Part shown: positions 26,976 to 36,700 of the stretch, piece by piece
Position numbering within the stretch: the stretch's first letter is position 1
How the letters are laid out: every line of letters starts with the position of its first letter
IMG/VR virus record: IMGVR_UViG_3300046786_000184
Location: 1-38,729 of that record
Strand: one strand, 5' to 3'
From: a virus
Taxonomy: Duplodnaviria > Caudoviricetes
DNA length: 38,729 nt
The notes under the pieces: generated by a model
Seen by the model: only the letters and a program-made list of their open reading frames with translations
Databases searched by the model: none
Told to the model about the DNA's origin: nothing
Program-made: the position numbers and the translations under genes

Positions 26976-29794
26976 TGAGATCTAATCAAAAATTCACTGT
27001 AAACGGAAACACTTACGACATAAGCAATATACCGTTGCTTGATAATGGAATATCTCTATTTAATGCAGAGAGTGGTGTCGGTGGATATGAGTATATGCCA
27101 GCAGATGGCGAGACTGTTATTGTTGCAGCTGGTAAGTTAACTGGTGACGAGACTACATTTAGGACGTTTGATCCTACGATGAATAATCAGATATACTACC
27201 TTGTATCAAACACACAGTATACTACTGCCGACAGGGATCGAATCATGAATCAAGCTACAGCTGTACCAGTGGTGCTAGCTGACCAGATGTACGTGGGTAG
27301 CTTTGTGTTTAGTAACCCTAATAACTTTGAGTATCTTTACTTAATATGGGACTATACAGACTCATTGATTGGGACTATATCTTACTCTGGGGATGCCACT
27401 GAGCGAAATATATCTACTGGTTATGGTCTAAGCATAGGTAGAGCAGGTATTGATTATACAACGGCAGACAAACCAGTTCGATATCAGATTGGATGGAACG
27501 GGTTAATTGTAGGTGATACTGGATATGTTGGATTAAACTCTACCAGCAACTATGACGATTTGATCACCGCTGGTATTGATCCTTCATTGATTAAACTTGT
27601 TGAGCCATTAGATGGTTTAGTTAACAATGGGAACGGTTCGCTTATATTCAACAAGTATTTGTCTGAAGCAGCGGCAACTATATTTGTGTCTGCTCCATTA
27701 AAGACGACTGTATTTACAATTACAAAGGTAAGTCCTTCTTTGACATCATTCTTTATTGATCAAACAGATGGTGACGAGACAACTGTATGTTCACAGACTC
27801 CACTAGACGAGAAGTGGCACAATGGCACTTCTGCACAGCCAGTTGTTGGTAATATAGTCTACAATGATGATAAAGGTCTTGAGGTATATAATGGTGGAGA
27901 TGCACTTCATCTTGGATATGACAACGTATACTTCAGAATATCTACAAACGGTATTGTATCTTTTGTAGGTAGCTGTATCTGTCCAGAGTACGCTCCTCCG
28001 TTCATCTATCAAGAGGATATATATGTGAACATTAACCAGTCGTTTAGCATTCAAATCGCTGTCACTGGAAATCCTACAAGTTGGGCTATAGATACATCAT
28101 TGGTAAACTATCTGCTAACTCCTGGTACTACATCTACTGCATTTGAATATACAGATTCAGATAACATATTGAGAAGGATATCGGTGTTTAGAAATACATA
28201 TGTTTGTTCGTATACAACACCTACCGTGGTGTATGGAGATGGTACTCAAACAACAGAAGGTAACTGTGGAAATTCGGTCCTTCCTGCTGGTGTGAGTTTT
28301 GACTTGACAAATGGAACCCTATCTGGGACATCTACTGGTCCTTGCTTTTTTCAGTTTTCGGTATCAGCATCAAACTGTTTTGGAGATTCTTCAGTAAGAA
28401 CTATAGGAGTTAATGTCAACGATACTATTAACAATACACCGTTCTTGATAGATGTTGAGAACTTTGGAGATACTGGAGACGCAGCATGTGCTCTTTCTGT
28501 ACCATTGTACAGTGTGTACTACCACAACGGTGCTGGGCGTGTGCCTGTAGTTGGAGATACTATATTCTCTGATGATAAGTTATCTACGCCTTTGATGGGT
28601 GGTGACCAGTGGTACAAGATAGACCATTCAACATACAGCATACAAGTCAACGCATTTGGTAAGGTGTGCGACAAGAATGAGTGTCCAGTATCTACTACGA
28701 CGACTACGAGTACTACAACTACAACTAGTACGACTACTCTTCCAGCTGGCGATTATTTTGAGGCTACATTATGTGTAAACAATGCAGTGACAGCGGTGAT
28801 ATTTGATTCAACATCATTCGGACTTACGATTGGAGACACTGTAAAGACAGAAGATGGAAACTGCTGGACGATTGATGCAACAACAACAGCAACTTATCCG
28901 TATGTCAACATTGATGACACAACTACATATGTTGATTGTGATACATGTCTGAACGTAACTACAACTACGACTACAACTACAACAACTACATTGCCTCCGA
29001 TTACTGCATTTGACATTGATCCAAACGCTTACAATACGTCTGGTGATGCATGCTCTAATGGTGCAATCCCATATGATACATTGTACCATAATGGGTCTGA
29101 TGCTTACCCTATAGTTTCTGATTTGATATTTTTAGACTCCATGGGTACGTCTTCATTTGATGGTTCTTCTAAGTGGTACTACATGGACAACGGATATGTA
29201 ATACAGATAGCAACGACTGGTCAAGTGTTGAATGTTGTCGATTGCTCGACGACTACTACAACAACTACTACAACTATACCTACGTGGTACTATGAGGCTG
29301 TGGCTTGTGGAACAGAAAATCCAGCTGTAATAGTGTCGCAACAGAGTGTTACGGAACTTACAGTTGGTAAGGTCGTAAAGTGTGAGGATGGAATATGCTA
29401 CACGATTACAGCTACTGGAGAGACTGCTCCTGCTGATCATGACATCATGTTTGTGTATGCAACGTGCCTTGACTGTCAAGGTGTAACAACCACAACAACT
29501 ACGACCACTAGCACTACAACTACTAGTACTACCACGACTACAACTACTAGTACGACCACGCTGCCTCCTTTGACTAAGATTACAACCAGAAGTGGATCAA
29601 GCTCTGGAGTATGTTCTGGAACGCTTGGTGAGTTTTTTGTTGATGGAGTTATTGGTACTTACGGAAATAGTATATATATTTACAGCTCTGGATACACACT
29701 GGCACCAGCAGCGTACTATTTGAATACGATCACTGGGATAGCTTATGAGTGGGACGGAACAAATTGGACGGGCAATTCAGTTACATGCAGTTAA
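26975..29794 (+). CDS. Mucin-like modular virion protein (Cys-rich repeats, Ig-like domain, four poly-Thr tracts)
   Basis: TAATG-coupled to muzzle gene; repeated HNG....P.V.D domains; LPAGVSFD..NGTLSGT Ig-like motif; S/T runs of 16, 11, 10 and 25 residues. Confidence 0.8.
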   Translation: MRSNQKFTVNGNTYDISNIPLLDNGISLFNAESGVGGYEYMPADGETVIVAAGKLTGDETTFRTFDPTMNNQIYYLVSNTQYTTADRDRIMNQATAVPVVLADQMYVGSFVFSNPNNFEYLYLIWDYTDSLIGTISYSGDATERNISTGYGLSIGRAGIDYTTADKPVRYQIGWNGLIVGDTGYVGLNSTSNYDDLITAGIDPSLIKLVEPLDGLVNNGNGSLIFNKYLSEAAATIFVSAPLKTTVFTITKVSPSLTSFFIDQTDGDETTVCSQTPLDEKWHNGTSAQPVVGNIVYNDDKGLEVYNGGDALHLGYDNVYFRISTNGIVSFVGSCICPEYAPPFIYQEDIYVNINQSFSIQIAVTGNPTSWAIDTSLVNYLLTPGTTSTAFEYTDSDNILRRISVFRNTYVCSYTTPTVVYGDGTQTTEGNCGNSVLPAGVSFDLTNGTLSGTSTGPCFFQFSVSASNCFGDSSVRTIGVNVNDTINNTPFLIDVENFGDTGDAACALSVPLYSVYYHNGAGRVPVVGDTIFSDDKLSTPLMGGDQWYKIDHSTYSIQVNAFGKVCDKNECPVSTTTTTSTTTTTSTTTLPAGDYFEATLCVNNAVTAVIFDSTSFGLTIGDTVKTEDGNCWTIDATTTATYPYVNIDDTTTYVDCDTCLNVTTTTTTTTTTTLPPITAFDIDPNAYNTSGDACSNGAIPYDTLYHNGSDAYPIVSDLIFLDSMGTSSFDGSSKWYYMDNGYVIQIATTGQVLNVVDCSTTTTTTTTTIPTWYYEAVACGTENPAVIVSQQSVTELTVGKVVKCEDGICYTITATGETAPADHDIMFVYATCLDCQGVTTTTTTTTSTTTTSTTTTTTTSTTTLPPLTKITTRSGSSSGVCSGTLGEFFVDGVIGTYGNSIYIYSSGYTLAPAAYYLNTITGIAYEWDGTNWTGNSVTCS
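28691..29560 (+). repeat. Four ACN-codon poly-Thr/Ser tracts
   Basis: 28691-28738, 28958-28990, 29246-29275, 29486-29560; mixed ACT/ACA/ACG/ACC codons. Confidence 0.95.
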
Positions 29795-30702
29795 AGTTTA
29801 TATCTGCTCAACCAGCCATTGATTATTACGCTTGGCAGGCTGAGGTTTACATCACACAGTTCTTGCGGCTTGGATACGATCCTGCCGACATATATGTTAT
29901 CGCTGGTTACGAGGACCATCCAGACATGTCGTGGCATAAGTTGATCAGAAGATTTCCAAAGGTGAATATACACATATACAAGGACACGTCTGGAAACATC
30001 CCGTATCAGCCAGCAGTACAGGCACACCTACTTGAGAAGCACTGGGCTAAGTATCCAGAGTCTAAGGACTATGCTTGGTTCTTCCATGATGCCGACTTTC
30101 TGTTCACCAAGTACTTCGACTTCACGCCATACTTGAACGATGACACGTGGTACTTCTCGGATACCATTAGCTATATTGGTGCAGACTACATAAAGAGCAA
30201 GGGAGACGTTGTGTTGGATATTATGTGTCAGACGGTAAATATCGATCGATCTGTCGTTGAGGCAAATCAGAATAACTCTGGAGGTGCACAGAAGCTGATG
30301 AAGAACGTAACAAGAGAGTACTGGGCACGTGTGTACAATACATCGTTAGAACTGTACGACGTTCTTAAGAAGGTGTCGCACATCAAGAAGGATGGGGATC
30401 AGTACGGCATACAGATATGGACGGCCAGCATGTGGGCCGAGCTATGGACCGCATGGAAGATGGGATATCATGTTGAGGTTCCGAAGGATTTTGACTTCTG
30501 CTGGGCTACGTGTAATGTTGCCAAGTGGGACGAGCTTGCTTTCTTTCATAACGCTGGTGTGCCTAATGCAAGTAGTGGAATGTTCTTCAAGGCTGACTAC
30601 ATAGATAAGTTTCCGTATGGTACGGATATTAAGGTTGACGACAGCAGATGCAGCTATAAATACTACGAGATCGTTAAATCAATCGACAGCTATATAATTT
30701 AG
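29785..30702 (+). CDS. GT-A glycosyltransferase resembling peptidyl O-glycosyltransferases (HPAT/SGT1-like)
   Basis: YYAWQ, YQPAVQ.H, FFHDADF (DxD), GGAQ, W.ASMW, late HNAG; ATG 29785 overlaps upstream gene end by 10 nt. Confidence 0.7.
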   Translation: MQLKFISAQPAIDYYAWQAEVYITQFLRLGYDPADIYVIAGYEDHPDMSWHKLIRRFPKVNIHIYKDTSGNIPYQPAVQAHLLEKHWAKYPESKDYAWFFHDADFLFTKYFDFTPYLNDDTWYFSDTISYIGADYIKSKGDVVLDIMCQTVNIDRSVVEANQNNSGGAQKLMKNVTREYWARVYNTSLELYDVLKKVSHIKKDGDQYGIQIWTASMWAELWTAWKMGYHVEVPKDFDFCWATCNVAKWDELAFFHNAGVPNASSGMFFKADYIDKFPYGTDIKVDDSRCSYKYYEIVKSIDSYII

Positions 30703-30710
30703 TATCTTTG
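30703..30710 (+). promoter_or_regulatory. -7 promoter box TATCTTTG
   Basis: Immediately after TAG; ATG after 4 nt at 30715. Confidence 0.7.
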
Positions 30711-30714
30711 CAGT

Positions 30715-31452
30715 ATGGCAGTAGAGACTTTAACATATTCACCAGCAGCTAATGGATGGTCGTCCCGTTGGTCGTTTGAACCAGACTGGATGGTTGGCAT
30801 GAACAATAAGTTGTATACTTGGAAGAACGGAAGTCTCTACGAGCACTATTCGAATGGGACAAGAAATGAGTTCTATGGAATTAAATATCCATCTACCATT
30901 ACAAGTATATTGAACCAGGCACCAGAAGACAGAAAGATGTACAAGACTCTAGCTATTGACAGTGATCACGTCTGGTCGGCAGAGGTAGAGACTGAGTTGG
31001 GAAGTGGTGCTATATCAACTAATGAATTTCAGTTGAAAGAGGGAGTTTGGTTTGCATTTATAAGACGTAATGATGGTGATCTTGATCTTCATGAGATATC
31101 AGTACAGGGGCTAGGTGTTGTTGATGCATTTAACGATCCAAACATAGACCTTGCATACCCATATGATACTGATGGACACATAAGCGTTGGAGATGCCTTG
31201 TATAAGGTGGACAACTCTGGAACACTTTTATTCTTAGCAAATGTTGCGTCTCATAATCAATTTACAATAGGACTGGATGCATCTCCTGCAAATCCTGTTG
31301 GCATGGGTGATTATCTGGTATACGCCAAGAATAGCGTGGCTGAGTCATTTGGGGCACGTGGATATCACATGATAGTTACTTTGACTAACAATGATGTAGA
31401 TCAAGTGGAAATTTATTCACTTAGATCAAATGTCTTTAAAAGTTTTGAATAA
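30715..31452 (+). CDS. Tail protein resembling the C-terminal part of muzzle/stabilization proteins
   Basis: TLTYS....GW.S.WSF.P.WM.GMNN.LYT.K.G.LY.H, RN.FYG, K.YKTL, KEG.WFA, RGYHM.V.L. Confidence 0.65.
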   Translation: MAVETLTYSPAANGWSSRWSFEPDWMVGMNNKLYTWKNGSLYEHYSNGTRNEFYGIKYPSTITSILNQAPEDRKMYKTLAIDSDHVWSAEVETELGSGAISTNEFQLKEGVWFAFIRRNDGDLDLHEISVQGLGVVDAFNDPNIDLAYPYDTDGHISVGDALYKVDNSGTLLFLANVASHNQFTIGLDASPANPVGMGDYLVYAKNSVAESFGARGYHMIVTLTNNDVDQVEIYSLRSNVFKSFE

Positions 31453-31467
31453 GTAACGATTATTGCT

Positions 31468-31475
31468 TATCTTTG
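31468..31475 (+). promoter_or_regulatory. -7 promoter box TATCTTTG for ejection-protein operon
   Basis: TAnnTTTG followed by gggtaa-aa-ttaccc hairpin and ATG 31494. Confidence 0.7.
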
Positions 31476-31493
31476 TGGGTAAAATTACCCGAT

Positions 31494-32243
31494 ATGATAG
31501 GAACGATAATGGCAATTGCTTCTGGAGTAATGAGTGGTGCACAAGCCATCAACAACTTCCAAAAGGCAAAGAAGGCCGAGAAACAAGCAATGGTCTTAGG
31601 GAATCAGATGAATGCCATGAAGATCAAGGATGTTTATGGATCCCTTCAAGCACCAAATATAGCACAAGCAGCATACGATCAGACTGCAAGAGCAGCAGCA
31701 CAGGCAACTCAATCTTTACAAAGTATGGGTCCAGAGGGTGCTGCACAGATCGCTAATCTTAACCAAAGTGTCAACCAAGCTAATCTTGATGCAGCAAATG
31801 CACAAGCACAAGCTAACTACGAGCGTGATAAGATGGTTGCAGAAGGACGTAATCAGAATGCCCAGTATGAGTATGCCAATAAGATGGATGCTATGCAAAG
31901 TAGAATAGAGGGTGCTCAAGGAGCAGCTATGGCTGGTCGTGAAAATGCTATGGCATCTATTGCTGGAGGTATTGAAGGGGTCGGAGCTGGTTTGGCGTAT
32001 GACTATGGTAATTCTGATAAGGTTTGGGGTAAAGAAAAGACCACTGAGACACCAGAGCAAAAAGCTCAAGCAGCTTTAGATAGAAAACAAAACACCGAAC
32101 AAATTAAAACTTCACAGGCTAACATGTCAAATTCAAACATGGTTATAGATCCAGCATCTATGTGGGCTAACAGAAACAAGTCTAAGAATCTTCCTAGAAG
32201 CATCTATACAGATCAAATGGATTTATTTTCATATCCAAAATAA
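31494..32243 (+). CDS. Internal virion / ejection protein (small)
   Basis: Ala/Gln/Gly-rich helical with hydrophobic Gly-rich N-terminus; start 31494 preferred. Confidence 0.65.
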   Translation: MIGTIMAIASGVMSGAQAINNFQKAKKAEKQAMVLGNQMNAMKIKDVYGSLQAPNIAQAAYDQTARAAAQATQSLQSMGPEGAAQIANLNQSVNQANLDAANAQAQANYERDKMVAEGRNQNAQYEYANKMDAMQSRIEGAQGAAMAGRENAMASIAGGIEGVGAGLAYDYGNSDKVWGKEKTTETPEQKAQAALDRKQNTEQIKTSQANMSNSNMVIDPASMWANRNKSKNLPRSIYTDQMDLFSYPK

Positions 32244-32250
32244 TTAAACC

Positions 32251-33777
32251 ATGCCAGAATACTACGGATATAAAGCACCAGAGCAAGCTGACTTTGGTAA
32301 GTCTATTTCTAATGTAGCCGAACTATTTGTTAAAGCCGAAGAAAAACGTGCGGCCAAACGAGAGACAGAGCAGAAGTCATTAGATGAGTCAAGAAAAAAG
32401 ATTAATGAGATTGAGCAGAATAGCAACCAGTCTCAAGCAGAACTTGTAGGTAGTGGTGCAAACAAGACTAGAGCTTATATTCTTGAGCTAGAAAGAATGC
32501 GTAAGAGTGGAAAAATAACTGGAGAGGAGTTTAATAGAAGCATGACAAATGTGAACGACTCTTGGGACAACTATGCATTCACAATAAAAAATATGAATGA
32601 AAGACTGGCAGAAAATATAGCCAGACAGCAAGTTGGAGAGGATGGAAAAATACCTGCTTCTTCAAATGAGATATTTAATGCTAAGGTTCAAGCTGATCTT
32701 ATGAATACCAAGAATAAAGACTTTATGATTGGTAATGATGGAACTTTATACATGGTGGATAAAAATAATCCAGACAAACCTATAAGCTTAAAAAGTACTG
32801 GTAATATAGAGAACATTGTAGATAACAGAGTCAATGTATATGACATGATACAGAATGGAATTTCTAATTGGGGAGATTTCACCATTGAATCTGGCATGAC
32901 TACAGAAGAAGGTGCTAGACTACAGAAACAATACGATGCTTCTAAATATGATTTAGTTCATTCAATTGTAGATGAAAATAATCCAAGAGGTGTAGTATCC
33001 ATATTGATGGACAATGCAGGAGAAGACTACGATCAATATTATACAAACACTCAAAAAGAACAACTTCTTAATGATGCTGTTAAGCGTGAAGAGTCATTGA
33101 AGGGGCCAATGAATTCAGAGCAAAAAGCTAAATTTAGATCTGAATACGAGAAGAACAACATGATTGAATATGTCATGGATGAAAACGGTGCCCTTCAGCC
33201 AGTTGTTACAAAGAAGATGATAGATGATGCATATAACTTTGTGGATCAATCTGTAGAGATGAGTGTCGGAGGGAAGACCACTGAAGATGAAGATAGAGGC
33301 GGTAAAGGTGGTGGACCAAGCGGTGATAATAAGGATCAAGTAGAGTTGACTGACTATGACAGAAATGTAGCTCAAAAAGTTGTAAATGCATGGTCTAGTA
33401 AAGATTGGAAAAAAATTAGTGCACTAACAAATAATAAGTACTACTTTATATGGGAGGATGACGGAAAAGGAAATAAAGGTCTAGCCGTTTATACTGAAAA
33501 TCCATATACATACAAGCAAAAAAAGGCAGAGTATGATAGCATGACTCGTGAAGAGAGATCAAAGAAAGGAATAAAGGAACCAGAAGCTCCTAAAAGAGAA
33601 AGAGAATTAATACAAAACGCAGAAGGACTTTCTGACTTCTTTTTCGGTGAGTCTGAGTCGTCAAGAAATAAATGGAGTAAGGCCGTTCATAATGCTAGAG
33701 CGAATAAGTCTACTACTAATACAACAACAAGAAAACCTACAACTGCAACTACTAGTCAAAAGCCATTTAACGGATAA
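32251..33777 (+). CDS. Internal virion / ejection protein (medium)
   Basis: 508 aa charged helical, between small and giant internal proteins. Confidence 0.6.
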   Translation: MPEYYGYKAPEQADFGKSISNVAELFVKAEEKRAAKRETEQKSLDESRKKINEIEQNSNQSQAELVGSGANKTRAYILELERMRKSGKITGEEFNRSMTNVNDSWDNYAFTIKNMNERLAENIARQQVGEDGKIPASSNEIFNAKVQADLMNTKNKDFMIGNDGTLYMVDKNNPDKPISLKSTGNIENIVDNRVNVYDMIQNGISNWGDFTIESGMTTEEGARLQKQYDASKYDLVHSIVDENNPRGVVSILMDNAGEDYDQYYTNTQKEQLLNDAVKREESLKGPMNSEQKAKFRSEYEKNNMIEYVMDENGALQPVVTKKMIDDAYNFVDQSVEMSVGGKTTEDEDRGGKGGGPSGDNKDQVELTDYDRNVAQKVVNAWSSKDWKKISALTNNKYYFIWEDDGKGNKGLAVYTENPYTYKQKKAEYDSMTREERSKKGIKEPEAPKRERELIQNAEGLSDFFFGESESSRNKWSKAVHNARANKSTTNTTTRKPTTATTSQKPFNG

Positions 33778-33782
33778 TAAAG

Positions 33783-36700
33783 ATGAACGATAAACAAAAA
33801 GAACTATATTCTTACCTAAAAAGTAATGGTCTTACAGATCTATCTGGAGATAAATTCTTCTCTGCATATTCTGACCCATCTAAATCTAAAGAGATTCATG
33901 CATACTTAAAGCAGAACGGTCTTACTGATCTAGATGCAAATGCTTTCCACGTTGCATACTTTTCTCCAGTTAAAAAAAAAAGTACTACGGGATCACAATC
34001 CGTACAGCCAAAAAAATCTACTTCTTCGGCTACTATGCCGAGTTGGATGCAAAGCTCTTTGGAGCAATCGTCAAAAAAAGAACAGCCAACTAATAAACAG
34101 ATAGAGCAACAAAGACAAGGTGTATATATAGAAAAAACAGAAGCAAAGGCTCCAGAGGTAAAGATGGGTATATCTGGTATTTCTATAGACCCACTTTCCA
34201 AGCAACAAAAAAGCATAAACGCTTCTGTTGGTTCAAAAGTTTATTCTGGATTTCCAGGTCAAGAAGATAATAAATATAGAGTAAAAGATAATCGTTGGCA
34301 AAGACTTTATGGAACAAAGTGGGTTGATGTGACCAACGAAGGATCTGTTTCTTCACTTAATAATTACTTCGAGAAAAACTTAAAAACATTTAAGGGAGAA
34401 GTAGGTGAAGAAAAGCAAGATCTAAAAAGAATGCGTAGTGTTCTTCGTGTAGAAGAAGAGATTGCTGCTGGAAAAGAATATAATGAAAAACAGTTTGAAG
34501 AAAGGGTACAGTATTATAATACTATTGAAACTCAAAAGTATTTAAAATCAAAGGGATACGATATTGATGTAAACGGTATAAAAAATGATCCTAAAACATT
34601 AAAGGCCTTAGCTAGTTCAGAAGCAAAGAAAAAGATTGATCAAGGAAAAGACTTTGAGATAGAGGACATGAGGGATGCTGTTGATGGCATTATAACAAAT
34701 AAGTTCTTAATGAGAACAGAGGAGGATGCCGTATCAACCCTCAGAAAACAGTTCGGTAAGTACGGATTCATATTCGAGGAATCTGGTATGGGTACCGACT
34801 ATGTAAAAGTAACAACTCCAGGCGGTGTTGAGAAAGAATTTGGATTTGATTATTCTAACCCAGAGATAGCTAGAGCTGAAGCTGCTAACATGTCTAACTT
34901 CATAAAGAAGGGATACATGACTAAGAGTGAAAAGAAGCAGTTTGAAGGAGAAGATGTGGACATGAATGACAGGAATCAAAGGGATGAATATTTCTTTGAT
35001 CTTGTCAACTTAATGGGTAAGAACCCTTATAAATATAGCACCAATCTTTTCTCTTATGAAGAGATGAATAACGGCATCAGTCGTATATATTCAAATCTTA
35101 AAGATGAATCTAAAAGCTTGGAGTATGAATACGAGGACATTCAAAAGAGAATAGAGGAATACAATGCAAATCCAGATGATATAAAAGAAAAGATTGCCAT
35201 TGACAAGGATCTGTATGCTTTAAAAAAGAAAGGTCTTGACATAAAAGAAAAGTACGATAAACTAAATGGCACAGAAAAAAATCTTCAAAAGATAACTGGA
35301 ATAGAGTTTGCTGAAAAAGAAAAGGAGGGTAATTTTCTTGGAATAATTACTGGTCAGTTTGCTCAAGGATTCACAAATATTGAAAAGGCGGTATTAAATC
35401 TATCTGCCGATATACTTCCATATGCAATAGGGGAAGATGTGGTTGATCCACAGACAAGACAAAAATTAAAAGATGAGGGATATACTGACAACCAGATACT
35501 GGACTATGCATCTAAACAGTTAAAGAGAACGGTAGTAAAAGACATCACAGAGGGGATAACTAGAGCGGCAACCGCTGGATCAACTACAAAGGAATATATA
35601 AATTCAGAGGATAGAAATGATTTAGAAAAAACAGTTTCTTTCTTATCTGAATCAATAGGCACATCGCTTTCAGCTGGTGGAAATCCTACGCTTCAAAAGG
35701 TAGCGTTCTTCACTCAGTCATACAACGGGATGGAAGAGCAGATGAGCTCTCCAGAGTTTGATGGAATGACAGAGTGGGAGAAGAAACTTGTATCTGTTCC
35801 TTATGGATTTGTTATTGGTGCCTTAGAGCGTTATGGGTTTGCTGCATTAGGTGCTGGTAAAAATCCAGTTGTAGATAGATTTGCAAGAAATGTAATAGCA
35901 TCCACATTAAAAGAATTACCTAAAGATGCCTCAATAAATACGATCAAGAGAGAGATCAACAAGAGTGTATCTAGAATGGTAGGTCAGGGTGTGTTGAGAG
36001 TTGTAGGAGGGGCTTTAGTTGAAGGTGGGACCGAGGGTACGCAGCAGTTGGCTGAGATTGCAGAAAAAAACATAGTAAATGCGGTAACAGAAAAGGACTA
36101 CTTTAAAGATGTTCCAGATATTACCACTGCAAAGGGAATAGGAGAGGCACTCAATATAGCAAAAGAAGATGCATACTACGGGTTTCTTGGTGGTCTACTT
36201 TATTCAACTGTATCGAACTCCTTAGAAGTAAGAAGAGAACATAAGTTCAATAAAAAAACCGACGAGGAATTTAAATTGTTTTATGAAGCTATGACTGATG
36301 CTAAAACAGTTCAGTCAAATAAACTTCAAGTAAAATTAGAATTAAAAGACGGAAAGATTACAAAAGAGCAAGCTCAAGATAGAATAAACTCTATCAATGA
36401 TATGAACGCAAAACTTAAATCTATAAACTCAAACTTATCGTTGAGAGATAAAAAGGATGCGTTCAATCTTATACTTGAAAGAGAAAAACTTACAAAAGAA
36501 AAGGCTCCACTAGATGAGGCTCTACAGGCTCCATACAACGATAGAATAACAGAGATAAATAACGAACTTAAAGTAATATCAGAAAATGCCATTAAAGAAA
36601 GCGAGCAGCAGCAACAAGAAGTCACAGCAGAAGGCGGTGGCGTACAACGTGAAGGAGTTGTTGAAGGACAATCAGAAGTCGGGCAAGGCGAAGGGACAGT

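Noticed and set aside
28691-29560. Poly-Thr tracts as microsatellite or assembly artefact
   Set aside because: Synonymous codons are mixed and tracts recur at equivalent domain boundaries
1696-31452. Stop-codon reassignment as in some crAss-like phages
   Set aside because: Core genes are intact in code 11, and TAG, TGA and TAA all end genes at sensible junctions
31463-31756. Cys-rich alternative-frame ORF in the track
   Set aside because: TTG start upstream of the promoter box; composition is the frame-shifted shadow of an Ala-rich gene
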